From: Octopus sinensis
Taxonomy: Eukaryota
Direction of reading: 5' to 3'
DNA length: 64,000 nucleotides
NCBI RefSeq assembly: GCF_006345805.1
Contig: NC_043000.1
Coordinates: forward strand, 66,464,001 to 66,528,000
Shown piece by piece: positions 1 through 14,023 of this stretch. Made by a program: the position numbers and the translations under genes. The notes below the pieces were generated by a model, which saw nothing but the letters and a program-made list of their open reading frames with translations, was not told where the DNA came from and made no database searches. The first letter of the stretch is position 1. Each line of letters begins with the position of its first letter.

Positions 1-1487
1 AACATTACATTTCTACATAGAATTTCAAAAATATTTTGTTACTGAAATTTCTTACTAAATTAGAATTACTTAAGTAATAATAATGGAAGAATTGTATTTT
101 TTTTTCACTCATTATGTAAAACAAGTTAAACATTTCTTCCCTAACTTCTCACTTAACAAATAACAGACTAGAAATTTGTGTGAGTTGCAGTTGTTTAGAT
201 GTTGATAGTGGTTTGCTGTTGCAGTATCCATACAGTTTCAGACACATTTGTCTCTATAGACCTAATTCCATCTAAAATACTCATTCATTCATATTATCCT
301 CACCATATACAATTTTCTTACCATTTATCTTCTCATGAGGAAACCCAATGGCTTCTCAGTTATTTCTTAAATTGTTATCTACAATACAATTCCACATTGC
401 TTACTTTATGACACTTCAGTTTCTTCACAGGATTTACTTGGAGGTAGCTTGTAGTAAGTTATTAACTATATGAGTTTCCCAACATATTTCTCTCTGTTCA
501 TATATGTATCTTAAAGTGTAATGGCAAGGCTATCCACACTAAGCTATTTTTCACTATCTTCCAAGGATACACATTTTATTAATCCTATTTCTGGATGATA
601 TATCTATATTACAGAAACAGTGAGGTAACCTGTCAACAGATTATTCATTATAATTCTCAAAACTACTCTAAATGCACTACATATCTACTTCTTCAGTATG
701 GTCAGCATGCTTCACATAAACTCTTCTATGTTCTTATATCACTCCTACTTTTCCACTTCTCTTTCTATTTTTACCAACATAACTACTGATTTGTTATTTA
801 GTTTAAAGTCAGCATTGATATCACATTAAACCCATCTTGTTTTGGGGAAATAGTTTACCCAGACTGTGTATTTTTTTAAAGATAGCAGGGTGTGTTTTGA
901 AGGTTGCTATTCTAGCAAGTTGAGTAACCAAATACAGACTTCCTTGTTTGAGCTTCTGCGATTGAAGTATATTAAACCATAGTAGAAGACTTAGAGTGTC
1001 ATAGAAATTTAGATACTTGCAAGGAAGTTGGAGAATGTAATTTGTGTCAGGATGTGCTTGGTAATACTAAAACATTATCACTGATAAGGGAAAGGCATTG
1101 AATGTTCAGATGAAGGGAATGATATTCACAGGACCAATGCAATATAATACAATTCTTTACCACACAACCACAAAACTTATAATTAGATGTAATAGAAAAA
1201 GTAATTAGCTCTTTTAGAATCTTGAAATTAACAAGGCTTGTCACTAGCCTCAGAATTTAAAAAGTCAATGATAGATGAATTCTCACAGGAACAGAACATT
1301 TATGATGTTATTTTTCTGGAATGGACCTGAAACCTAATCTCCAGCTCAGAAAATGACATCAAGACTGTAAGATGTAACCTCATGATTCAGCACCTAGCTG
1401 TTTGATATCTTTAGTTATTTTGTCTTTCCTTAATAAATTACAACTGAATTCAATATGATACAATATAAAGAGGTATAATAAGTCCAT

Positions 1488-1760
1488 GAAGGTGCATAGC
1501 ACAGTGGGTTTGGGTGTTGGTGTTGGACTCATGATTGTTAATTCATGAGTTCAATTCTTGGAATGTTCTTGAGCAAAGCACTTCATTTTGTGTTGCTCCA
1601 GTTCATTTAACTGGGGGTTGGAGTGTGACTTGAACCCTGCAATAGACAGGTGTCTCATTTGGGGGTTGGGTGAGGGCAGTCTTGTACTCACAATTACTTA
1701 AACACTTTGTAAACTATGATAAGCTCCAGCCAAAAGGGTTTGTAGGTTCAAGACTGACTA
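1488..1760 (+). mobile_element. Old tRNA-derived SINE
   Basis: A/B-box-like head (gagttcaattc), cttgagcaaagcactt, accctgcaatagac core-like segment. Confidence 0.6.
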
Positions 1761-1994
1761 ACTTAATAGGAAAACCACATCTTCCTCCTTGCCCATTATT
1801 TGAGCACATCAAGGAGGAAGATGGTGAAAAACAAGACGCTGGCTGCATGTAAGGATTTTATTTGATTAAAAATATAAATTAAAGAGAGATAATTTAAGAA
1901 TACAGAGCAGCAAATTAAGACCAGCATTTTTAATTGGAGACAATATTAAGTTTTAGCAATAAATTATTATTTTTTTTATAGTACTGGTTTTTAT

Positions 1995-2137
1995 GTGAGT
2001 TCAACTTCCACCGAGGTCAACTTTGCCTTTCATCCTTTTGGGGTTGATAAATTAAGTGCCAGTTGCATACTGAGGTCAATCTAATCAACTGGCCCCTTCC
2101 CCAAAAATTTCGGTCTTCGTGCCTAGAGTAGAAAAGA
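1995..2137 (+). mobile_element. Partial SINE (gagttcaa..gaggtcaactttgcctttcatcc family)
   Basis: Same family at 8165-8582, 9450-9636 and 16255-16385. Confidence 0.75.
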
Positions 2138-2254
2138 ATACTGGTTTTTATGAATCTCAGACACATAACTTCAATATTTCAATCAAGTAAATATTTAATA
2201 AAAAAAAATTCATGATAAAATCCTTCAAAATATTTCCTCAAATTTGTAGCTTAC

Positions 2255-2339
2255 CTGTTGATACACCCTTCCTTTGTCAAGTCTATGCACACGGTCCCAA
2301 GACTGTGTCCCAGTGTGAGCATCATATATACGGAAAGGT
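2255..2339 (-). CDS. NT5DC3: NT5DC3-like exon 11 (gene continues beyond window start)
   Basis: tttgtag|A...CAG|GTAAGC; RPFRIYDAHTGTQSWDRVHRLDKGRVYQQ. The next expected exon (YFGDH motif IV) was not found in 1-2254. Confidence 0.95.
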
Positions 2340-2624
2340 CTACAAAGAAAAAAAAGTATTTGCTTGAATGGAAAATAAACCAATAAGCAAATGTATATCT
2401 TTTAACTAGTAAAGAGTAATATATATTATGTCTAGTAGTTAAATGGTGATGCATATAAAGATGATGGTTTACATTTAGAGTTGGATCAACAACTCATTAA
2501 TACAACATTCATTCTCTCAAGACCATGTAGATAGCAAGTAATTATTTACTTTGCATTTCTAAGACTGAATCATGCTGTGGACAACTTAGAAGTAAATACT
2601 TGAAGTGGTGAGTAGTAATTAAAT

Positions 2625-2837
2625 TTGAAGGTGACAGTGCCACATAAAAAGCACCTTGTACACTTAGTAAAGTGGTGGGTGTTAGTAAGGGCATTGAGCC
2701 ATAGAAACCAAGCCAAAACAGGCTATGGTATCTGGTTTGGCTCCTGGCCTTGCCTGTTACTGTCAAGCCATACAACCCATCCCAGCATGGAATATGGACA
2801 TTAAATGTTGATGATGATGATGATGATAATGATGATA
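2625..2837 (+). mobile_element. RTE 3'-end fragment with (GAT)n tail
   Basis: aaaaagcacc...gcatgga..ggacattaaa(tga)n matches the 3' end of the longer RTE copies in this window. Confidence 0.75.
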
Positions 2838-3807
2838 TAATTACAACCCTAATGAAAAGTCGTTGATATCAGGTGCAAGGGAAAGAGCTCATTAAATTTC
2901 AATTAGCTAAAAATTCTGAAGACATTTTGAGCTTTATTAGACCTCCTCTGCAATGCACAATTTGCTCAAGGGCTGCCAACATCTCAGAACAGATACAATT
3001 TTTTAATATAAAGAACATTTGCAATGTGGCAAATTAAAATAATAATCTCATAAAATCAACGAAACAGATTAGGGCTGGTGACAGGAAGGACATCTGGCCA
3101 TAGAAAATCTGCCTCAAGAAATTCTGTCTGATCCATGCAAGCATGGAAAAGTAAATGTTAAATGATGATAATGTTGACATGAAATGTATTTGATCAGAAG
3201 AAATATACAATAAGATAAAAGATTCTGTAGAAGGGATTAAATATAACATTAACGAGTTAGAGTACTGAACAAATAGAAAGTAATTTTGTAATTCAAACTG
3301 TTATAGAGATAATAGTAACAATGAGACACCCCTCCCATATGACAAGGAATTAACAAACTCATGAGCATTAAACAAACTCACAAGGAGTTACAAAACTCAC
3401 AAAGCTGTTTGTGTGAATTTTACAGTATAAAAATTTGTAAATTATGGAAGAATTGTTGGCCGGTTTGTTTGAGTTGCAAAAACAGCAACAACAACAATTG
3501 CAAGAACAACAACAATTACTATTACAGCAATAAATGCTGCAATTAATGAATAGTAAGTTGTTAAGAAGTGCTGAAAAAATGTTCTCGCCAGATTATGCTG
3601 CAAACTCAATAACAGAGTTTAAATATGAATCAGACGAAGGAGTTAGCTTCAAGGTAAACTATAGAAGACATGAACAGATCTTCAATAAAGAGGGCAAATA
3701 TGAGGAAGATGACATGAAATCGCATCTAATCCTGAGAAAACTGGCAGATGAAGAACATGAATGTTACAGTAATTACGTACTCCTAAAAAAACCTTCTGAC
3801 GTAAACT

Positions 3808-3965
3808 TTAAAAATACAATACTGAGTAAATTTTTTTTAAATACAATATTGAGTAAAATTTTAAAAAATACAATATTGTTTAAAATTTTAAAAAACACAA
3901 TATTGTGTAAAATTTTAAAAAATACAATATTGTGTAAAATTTTTTAAAATACATTACTGTGCAAA
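3808..3965 (+). repeat. ~27-bp tandem repeat (about 6 units) inside gag
   Basis: AAAAATACAATATTGTGTAAAATTTTA-type units, translating as KNTILxKIL. Confidence 0.9.
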
Positions 3966-4116
3966 AAGTTTTAGTGAGAAAAGCTTGCTGTTCAATACAC
4001 TTTGGAAATGTTTGAACCTAGAAAAGAACAACGAGGAGGACTACATCACATATGCTGGTAGAGTTAACAGACACTGAAAAGTTCAAACTGGACATATTAA
4101 TGCCAGGTATGTTTAA

Positions 4117-4336
4117 CCCTTTAGTTTTCAGATTACTCTGTTAAATGTAATATTTTTTTACTTAAATTATTTTTAATTAATCATACATTATCTTATAGCT
4201 TTGAGGTTTCAATGACGTGATTGTTCATTTTTAGAATGTCAATGTAGATTAGGTGTGAGAGTCCTGATCTGGTCAGTTTAAACATAAAACTGGTAGAAAA
4301 CTTTGGCCGGATATGGCCAGTTTAAACACTAAAGGG
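4117..4336. mobile_element. piggyBac-type MITE nested in Gypsy gag
   Basis: TTAA|CCCTTTAGT...ACTAAAGGG|TTAA; excising it restores GMFKCL. Confidence 0.9.
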
Positions 4337-7300
4337 TTAAGTGCCTGAAATTTCTCAGGGACTAATTGCAGAAAAAGACGCAGAAGTAATAACAAGAATT
4401 CTCGCTAAGCTGGAACAAAACCAAGCTGTAACCTTACAACAAGTGTCAGAAAAGTGTGAAAGAATAGTAAATTTAAGACATGACACAGTGAAAATTGAAC
4501 ATAAAGATTTCTCCCAAGTGAAACATGAGTGTCGGAAAATACAAAACAAGCAGAGTAGAAATCAAGTGTGTACTAAAATACAGTACAAACAGGACAAAAA
4601 TCAGGAAACAAACCCATGTCTTGCATGTGCAGGTCTACACCTGAGAGAAAACTGCCTATTTAAGAAAGCAGAATGTTTCCATTGTGGAAAAATTGGACAT
4701 GTAAAAGCATACTGTAAAACCAAGATGACAAAACATTGGAACAAAGACAAACGAATAAACAAGATATCGTTGAAAGAAAATGGTAATGTGACAAAGAGGA
4801 AATTTATAAATGTGAAAAATGAAAATGTAAGATTAAAAATGCAGTTAGACACTGGAAGTGATATTACCATTGTGAATGAAGAAACTTGGAAGTAAGCCAA
4901 AATTAAGTAAATCTACAAAAGTAACACAAGGTGTTATGGGTAAAAGATTGTATTTTGTAGGTGAATTTGTGTGTAATGTGACATTTCATAACCAAATGAA
5001 AAAGGCAAAAGTATATGTGTTAAAAAATTTAGCAAATCTATTCGGTACAGAGTGGATGGAACTGTTCAAATTGTGGAATATGCTCATAAGTGTTTTGTGT
5101 GGGAATATAGACGGTTCAGTCAAAAGTCCGAATGCAGCTGAGGGATTGAAATGAAGAATAAAACATTTATTTCCAGATGTTTTCTCATATGAACTGGGCT
5201 GCTACATGAAAACAAAGGAAAAATTGTAGTTAAATCAAGTGCAACACCTATATTTAAGCCAAAACAGAAGGTACCACTCGCAGCACTAAGGAACTTGAAA
5301 AACTTGAAAGCCTAGGAATAATCAGGAAGATGGACCACTTGGATTGGGCAGCATCTACGGTCTATGTAAAAAAGAAAAATAATAAGTTAAGAGTTTGTGC
5401 AGATTTTTCAACAGGATTGACTGATTGCTTAATCTCACTTAACTACCCATTGCCAAGTCCTGAGGAAGTGTTCACAAAATTGAATGGAGGAAACTCTTCT
5501 CAAAAGTAGACCTCTTGGAGGCATGTCTACAAATCCATGTAGAAGAAGAGTGTTCACACTTATCAGCCATTAATACACACCATGACTTATTTAAATTTAA
5601 GTGTAAAAGTGGCTCCTTACATATTTCAGCAAGTGATAGATACAGTGCTGGGTAACTGTGAATTTGCTATTGCCTATTTAGTTGATATCCTAATAAAAAG
5701 TGAATCACACTAACAACATGTAGAATATGTAAAAAGTGTATTCAAAAAGATAAGAGAATATGGTTCTAAGTTAAGTGAAGAAAAATGCAAGTTCTTTCTG
5801 AAAAAAATTAAATACTTAGGCCAGATAATAGATAAAAACAGATGCAAACTAGATCCAGCCAGAGCAACTGCTATAAAAAATATGCCCACACTGAATAATA
5901 CGATTATGCTACAAGCATTCTTGGGTTTAGTAAATTACTATCAAATTTACATTCCAAATATACACTATGTAAGGACCCTGCTAAATGATTTGTTAAAGAA
6001 AAATGCAAAATAGTGCTGGACTGATAAGTGCCAGAAGGCATTTGACAAATTAAAAAACATTTTAACATAGATCTTATTATTAACGCATTTTGAACTGAAG
6101 TTAGATATTATATTGGCTACAGATGTGAGTGATTATGGTGTAGGAGCAGTGCGCCTGCACAAATATGATGATGGGAGTAAAAATATGACAATGTGTCATG
6201 ATCATTATTACCAGCCAAATAGAAAAGGAAGCATTAGCAATCACATTTGGTATGAAAAAATTTCACTGATATATTCATGGAAAAAGTTTCTGTTTACAAA
6301 TCATTGCCCAGTACTGTCAATATATGGTTTTAAAAAAGGAATACCAACACACACAGTGAATAGACTACAGCAATGAGGCACTACATTATTGAATTATGAT
6401 TACAAAATGGAATTTTTACCATAAAAAAAACTAGGGCATGCAGATGGTTTGTCCAGACCGATACCGAAACATGGCGAGCCATTCAAAGATACAGTAATTG
6501 CAGCATTAAGGTCAGAAAGAGAAATAAAAAATGTAATGTGGAAAATGGTACAAAAATTACTGGTGACCCTTGAAGGCATAAAATGAAATGTGGAAAAGGA
6601 CAAATTCATAACACAGTTGAAAAGAATACTGTGGACAGGAAAAGTAAAGAGAAACAGGATTGGTGCGAAACAAAACCAAGATGTGAACCTATACATAATT
6701 TGTGATGGCGTACTGATGTATGCACAGAGAGTAGTAATACCTGAAGCATTGCAAAAGAAAATGTTGAGGGAATTCCACATTGGACATCCAGATATTTCGA
6801 GGATGAAAGCTTTAATGCATAGCTATGTGTACTGACCAAAAATGGACAGAGAAATAAAAAAATTAGTGAGAGGCTGCAGAGGATGCACTCTAGCAGCAAA
6901 ATTACCGATGATAAAATATGAACCTTGGCCAAAAGTAAATGTTCCATGGTTGAGACTACACATCGATTTTGCTGGTCCCTTAAACATTTCATACTACTTA
7001 GTGGTAGTATATGTTTCTCTAAATGGCCAGAAATGTGTAAGTGTAAAAAGCCAACCTCCTCAACTGCAACAAATTTTCTACATGACCTGTTTGCGAGATT
7101 TGATGTCTTAGACACGATAGTGTTTGACAATGGAACACAATTTGTGTCTTTTGAGTTTAAAAGTTTTGTAAGAATTTGCTGTAGAACATGTAGCTATAAT
7201 GCTATACCAATACCACCCCAGATCTAACAGACAAGCAGAACACTTTGTCAATATGTTCATGAGAGCCCTAAGAAAGTCAAATAAGGAAGTCATGGATGAG

Positions 7301-8164
7301 GTAGCTCTACAACAATTCTTAAGAGTATACTGTGTGAAACCAAATCCAAATATACCAGCAGGTATGTCACCAGCAGAGCTGATGCTTGTGAAGAAAATAA
7401 AATCAGTCTTCAACAATTTGCTATCTGGTAAGAAAAGAAAAATTGCAATGGATGATACAGCAAGATATTTCAAAATTGGTGAAAATGTATTTGTTAGGGC
7501 ATACAGAAAACAAAATTGGGAAGATGGTGTGATTACCAAATGCATAGGAAAAATGCTATTTTTGATAAAAGGAAGAAAAGGAGTATACAAGAGATACATA
7601 AATCAACGAAAAAAGGATTTGTTGAGAGTGAACCCCAGAGAATGGAAGAAACAGTGAAATGGTTATATAATACATTTCAACTCAAACGCCACTACAAATA
7701 ATTGAACCCAGATGCACAAGCAAAAGAAAAAGAAAATGTACGGAATTCCTGCAAGTAGATGCCAAATGAAAAAAGTATTAAATGTGTAACTGCATGAAAA
7801 AAAAAACACAAAACGGGAGGTGGGTTGATGTAAAAATTGTTACTAATAAAAGAAATAAAATTACACTCCCTAAGAAAAAAGCGAAAAATTTAAAAGGAGA
7901 GATATTGTGGGAATAATAGAAATGAAGGGACACTCTTCCTACATGATAAGTGGTATGTGCTAGTTGTTACAAACACTGTGACATAGGAAGTTGAAAGAGT
8001 GTCAGCCAAAGGTCAGTTGTAAAGACATGATAGATAGTCATGTCTTTACTTGTCTAACTAACTATACTGCTATACTAGAGTGGGTGTTACAACAGTCCAA
8101 CAGAGGATTATAACATTAACAATGTAGTAGGATTACATTAAATATACTTGAATGTGATAAAAAG

Positions 8165-8582
8165 GCAGTAGCATTTCATCTGGCAGTAGCATTTCATCTG
8201 TCTTTATGTTCTGAGTTCAGATTTCACCAAGGTCAACTTTACCTTTCATTCTTTTGAAGTTGATAAAATAAGTACCAGTTGAACACTGGTGATGATGGAA
8301 TCAACTTATCCTCCCCTTTGGTCTTGTGCCAAAATTTGAATTGCTGGCCTTGTTCCAAAATTTGAAACCAATATGCTTGAAGGCTGTGAGCTGGCACAAT
8401 CATTAGCATGCCAGACAAAATGCTAAGCAGCAGTTAATCCATCTTTATGTTCTGAGTTCAAATTTTGCCAAGGTCTCCTTGGCTCTTCATCTTTTTTTTT
8501 ATGGGGGGGAGGATAGGTCGATAAAATAAAGTACTAGACCTCCTCCCCAAAATTTCAGGCTTTGTGCCTATAGTAGAAAGAA
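8165..8582 (+). mobile_element. Two tandem tRNA-derived SINE copies
   Basis: tctgagttca..aaggtc..ctttcat..gataaaataagtacc repeated; gtgagctggca head. Confidence 0.75.
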
Positions 8583-8614
8583 AGAGTATAGCAAATACAC
8601 TGAAGAAATCTTAC

Positions 8615-8716
8615 CTTGTGGCTTCATTAAAGAATTTTGGCTTCCTTGCATTGGTGATGACAACATCAAAAAGACTTTGCCAATCAGGACCAACAATATA
8701 GCGCATGCCAGCATCT
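8615..8716 (-). CDS. NT5DC3: NT5DC3-like exon 10 (HAD motif III Lys)
   Basis: ctattag|A...AG|GTAAGA; DAGMRYIVGPDWQSLFDVVITNARKPKFFNEAT. Confidence 0.97.
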
Positions 8717-8834
8717 CTAATAGAAAAATGTTTAGTTGTAATTAGCAAAACTGAAAGCTACACAGAAAATATCCATATTTTAAATGTAGTTAGATAAATT
8801 AAGCTATTAATATTAAGTATAATAACAAACTCAC

Positions 8835-8937
8835 ACAAAAGGAAAGCCGCTGTTTGTAATAAGAAATAATTTTTTGTTAGCTTCTGTTAATCGTTGTAAC
8901 AACATCAACACTTCAGGGCCTTTAACTAAATATTTTC
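8835..8937 (-). CDS. NT5DC3: NT5DC3-like exon 9 (HAD motif II)
   Basis: ttttag|GA...GT|GTGAGT; GKYLVKGPEVLMLLQRLTEANKKLFLITNSGFPFV (LITNS). Confidence 0.96.
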
Positions 8938-9449
8938 CTAAAATTGAAAAAATATAAAATTCATTAAAATTGGTAAAATTTTAAAAATGCAAATTATAAA
9001 CTACACTTTAACAAATAATTATAAATTTCTTCATAAAATTGTGGAAAAATAATGAAATTAAAAGAAAGAATTTTTTTATATATTATCATTAACAGGAACA
9101 TGTTTTCCATTTCTACTGGAGACTAATACAAGAAAAAAATGTAGAAAAACAAAATAATAATAATAATAAATCATGAAAATAACATAATTTGGAATTCATA
9201 ACCACTCATTAACCCTTCTCCTGTACAAAGTATTTTCATAAGTTTATCTTAAATATTTATGCTTGTTTCCCAAAGACAGCCACACCTATGTGCTAACTTA
9301 ATTCATCTTAATATTAACTGCTTTGTTTGTTTCTTTATTTTCTTTGTGAAGAGAAAGAGAGAAGAAGCATACACCTTGTAGTCTCTCATAGTTAATGGAA
9401 ATGAGGTTGCTCTCTTATCCAGACATCAGCAATCAAGTTGTCAAATATC

Positions 9450-10125
<676 letters not shown>

Positions 10126-11235
10126 TCTTCAAGTTGTCAGATATTAAAATAGCAGGAATAGTTTTAGTGACATTATATCAAGACATCTCAATGTGGCACT
10201 TTGGCTAGGTGACATCAACTGCAGCCTTTGAGGTTGACCAATGCCTTGGGAATGAAATTTAGGAGATGGAAATTGTAAGAAGCCTGTCTTAGGACATGAG
10301 TGTGTATGCATGTACACATGAATGTGTGCGTGTGTGTGTATGCATGTACAGATGCATGTGTGTGTTTAGCTCTGCACATCTTTGTTTTGATGCCATTTTG
10401 GATAGTCTCATATAAACAAAAAGTTGGGCAGTTCAACAATTTGATGTAAAAAGATGTAGAGTAAAGTTCAATATTAAGAAAGAAAAAAATGTTAGGGTTT
10501 CTATCAAGAAAAGAATCTAGCAGTAGAATAGTCTTAAGAAGTCTCATCTAATCCATGCCTGCATGGAAAAAGTAGAAGTAAACACAATGGTGGAGGTGGT
10601 GATGAGGATGATGATGATGATGGATGATGATGATGAAGAATTTAGTTATTTCAATCAGAAACTATTATTATCCTGTTACATATTGCTCGCTAAAACACAG
10701 TGTGACAAAAACTGAGAGCTCCCAAAAGGCTGCTCTACTTGCTACAAATGGCAGTCAAGTATCCTTAAATCATTTTAAAAATGGATGGACACATTGGATA
10801 TTATGGTCCTAGATTCACTGAATGAAGGGATGATCACAACAGGAGTAGTTTTGATGGATTGTGACTGAACTGCAGTTAAACAGTAATCTTCTACATTCTT
10901 GAATAAATTAAGAAGTGTTTACATGGTTACTTGACCTGGTACAAATAACACCAATTTCCCATCAACTCACACCCAAGAATCTTAAAAATGAAAGATACAC
11001 AGGATACTGTAGCCATAGGTACACTATGGAATGATCATGGTTGGAACACTCTTTGATCATAGATGTGCTGAAACACAGTTGACCATAAAGTAAATAATAA
11101 CAGTAGTTAGCAACAAGGGAAATAGCAGTCAAATCTCCCACAAAATTATAGTTTACCAGCTTAAAAAGGGAAGCAGACATTGGATAATACGGTCCTACAT
11201 ACATTGTGGGTTATGTAAATATGTAATAGCCATAG

Positions 11236-11390
11236 GTGAGGCGTGGCTGTGTAGTAAGAAGCTTGCATTCCGATCATATGGTTCCAGGTTCAGTCCCATT
11301 GCGTGGCACTTTGGACAAGTGTCTTCTGCCATAGCCTCAGGCTAACCTAAGCCACATGAGTGGATTTGGATTTGAAAGAAGTCTGTCAAG

Positions 11391-11423
<33 letters not shown>

Positions 11424-11620
11424 CCTCCACACAGCTTAACAACTGGTATTAGGTGTTTACACCCAAGTAACTTAGCAGTTTGGCAAAAGAGATCAATAGG
11501 ATAAGTACCAGACTTTAAAAGAAAATTACTGGGGTTGATTCCTATGACTAAAAATTCTTCAAGGCAGTGCCCCAGTATGGCCACAGTCTATTGACTGAAA
11601 CAAGTAAAAGATAAAAGATA
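11236..11620 (+). mobile_element. Full-length octopus-type tRNA-derived SINE
   Basis: gcgtggctgtgtagtaagaagc...ggttcagtcccattgcgtggcac...(TG)n...gactgaaacaagtaaaagataaaagata. Confidence 0.85.
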
Positions 11621-12135
11621 GTTTGAACAACATGGAACATAGACTGTCTACTAAACCAGGGTAGGTTGTTGTTTACCTGGGTCTAAACAGACTGGCCTTC
11701 TAAGTATTAATTACTACTAAATAGTATGTTCTTCAAAATATTTCAAAATTACAATTTTCCAAAAGATTTTATTTTTATGCTGCAAATAACAAACAAGTGT
11801 TGTTTTTGCAGACGTACTCGATAAGAAGAAATAAAATTATTAAAAACAATTTAACAATGGAAATATAAAAAAAAATAGTTTTATCTACTCAGAATTAAGA
11901 TTTACTTATTAGCAGCTGTTTAGCTGCAAGTTAGATGCAATAATCTTGTCCTTTCAAGCATTGTATGCCTAACTACATTATCTAATATATCACTTCTTTT
12001 TCAAGAAAACTAAGGTTTCAGTTGAAGGAAATTTAGCTGCTACATCTAGCAAGTTGTGTGATCATATAGATGCTCTTTTATAAGCTTGAACAGAATTTAG
12101 TAATGTTTATATGTGAAGAATAGAATGAAACTCAC

Positions 12136-12196
12136 CAATATTAGACATGATTTCTTGATGTAGCTGACCAGATAAGTGAATGTCTTGTACTGCAGA
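12136..12196 (-). CDS. NT5DC3: NT5DC3-like exon 8
   Basis: cttatag|TCT...G|GTGAGT; SAVQDIHLSGQLHQEIMSNI. Confidence 0.93.
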
Positions 12197-13297
12197 CTAT
12201 AAGAGAATGGGCAAAATGAAGCAGTAAGAATGGTTTTAGTTATCCTAACCAAACCTCACAATAATTACCAAAGTAAAAGCCAGTCAAGGGGTTATCTTTT
12301 CAAATAACCTTCTTCTGTTATAAACAACTCCAGCAATAATGGATGATAATTTCTATGCATGAAAATGGTGCTACTTTGTATAAAGGATGGGACATAGATT
12401 AGCTTGACTGGATTATGTTCCTAATGCATATTTAACCCTTTTCATGTCATCTTTGGTTGAATATATATGGAATAAATACAAAATCCCAATTTAATTGGTT
12501 CACTACTAAAGTATTGAGTTCTATATCAGATGTTTGCAATGTGTAAAATATAATATTTGTTTTTATATATAATTATGTATAAAAAGAGTCAACCATTAAT
12601 TGAAGGCTCATACCAAACATGTAAGTAAAATATTACATTCATTTTTATAAGGAAAAATTTGACAGTGACTTAGTAGTTTTGTTGGTTGTTGGCTTCATCG
12701 AAGCTAATGACTGAACTTTTTCCTTGTAAAAATGAACTCACACATACACACACGTAACAATACCACCCATTTATTCAAGCATGGTGGTACAGTTTTAGCC
12801 ATGCAGGTCGATCATTTGGCATTTCATCTTTGCACTTCTACATTCTAAATTCTGGCTTCACCATTTATTGGCATAAATATGTGTTCCTTCATCTACATAG
12901 AAATTCACACAAGAATGACATAATCCTTCTCCAAAATGTCATTGCCAAGATCTGTTACTGGAATTAGGTCTGTAACTGGAAGTATGAATGAGCTGACAGC
13001 TCTCTTCCATCTATGACTCTTCTTTCCTGATTCAAATGCAGTCAAATGTTACCAAAGAGAATCTTTATTTATGTTACTGTCATTACCTGAAATAAACAAA
13101 TTCTAACAAAGCTCCCTTCTACTAATACCAACACCCACTTTGAATTTACAAAGCAAAATTCAGAGTCTGGACATAAGTAATTCTAGTAATTTTCAGTAAA
13201 TAACTTTGGATGCTTGTCAAGAGTGAATGCCTGAACAGATCTGGTCTAAACTGAAGATTTTCAAACAACATTTTAAGTTCATTTTTTTACCAACAGA

Positions 13298-13432
13298 AAT
13301 TTGACATATCTATCTTAAAAATATATTTATAACTATATATAAATATTTGCATAAATACTTGCAACAAGAAAGTATTTATGCAAATATTTATATATAGTTA
13401 TAAATATATATTTAAGATAGATATGTCAAATT
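13298..13432. repeat. 63-bp inverted repeat, 9-nt loop
   Basis: Arms 13298-13360 and 13370-13432, one mismatch seen. Confidence 0.95.
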
Positions 13433-13686
13433 GCAACAAGAAAGTGAGACTGTTATTTTCCAGCTCAGTACAGTTTTGTGAAAAACTGTCAAAGCTAAAT
13501 TCTTTAAAGACGCCATATTTGAAACGTGGCAAAATTGATAAGCTATATTATACAAAGAAATAGAAAAAAAGTGAGATAAGAAAGGAAAAGAAAGGAAAGA
13601 AAAAGGGTGGGGGTAAAGAAAAGCAAACAAAAGAAATCAAATTATAAAAGTCAGTCAAAGCTAAAGAGATATTCAAAAGTACTTAC

Positions 13687-13743
13687 TCGGACATCATGAA
13701 AGACATATTCAGGGTCAAAAGGAATACTGTTACGAAGGAAGTA
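13687..13743 (-). CDS. NT5DC3: NT5DC3-like exon 7
   Basis: gttttag|TAC...CGA|GTAAGT; YFLRNSIPFDPEYVFHDVR. Confidence 0.95.
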
Positions 13744-14023
13744 CTAAAACAGAGAAAAAAGAAAACAGGATATTTTCAAAAATGAAATATCAACAAAAAC
13801 AAGACTTTTAAAAAATTTACTTTCAGCTAATTTGTTTCTACATTATGCATAGGCATATTAGCTACATCATATCTGGTATCAGCTACATTAACTCCATTTT
13901 TATCTAAGGATCCATTATATGGTTCTTCTGACAGAGATGGGTACAAGCATAGCTGTGTTTTGCTACCATGTGGTTTCAGATTCAATCCAATGCCATAGGA
14001 CCTTGGGCAAGTGTCTACTACCA

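Larger units (their letters stand above)
3299..8094 (+). mobile_element. Decayed Gypsy (Mag/K02A2.6-like) LTR retrotransposon in NT5DC3 intron 10
   Basis: gag fragments with two CCHC knuckles (CLACAGLHLRENC, CFHCGKIGHVKAYC), protease LDTGSDIT, RT remnants, RNase H ATDVSDYGVGA, integrase HIGH..CRGC / RLHIDFAGP / DNGTQF; polypurine tract before 7903; diverged LTR starts at 3299 and 7903; many stops and frameshifts. Confidence 0.92.

Noticed and set aside
1-2254. Searched for NT5DC3 exon 12 (GN...YFGDH)
   Set aside because: No matching open exon found; presumably left of the window
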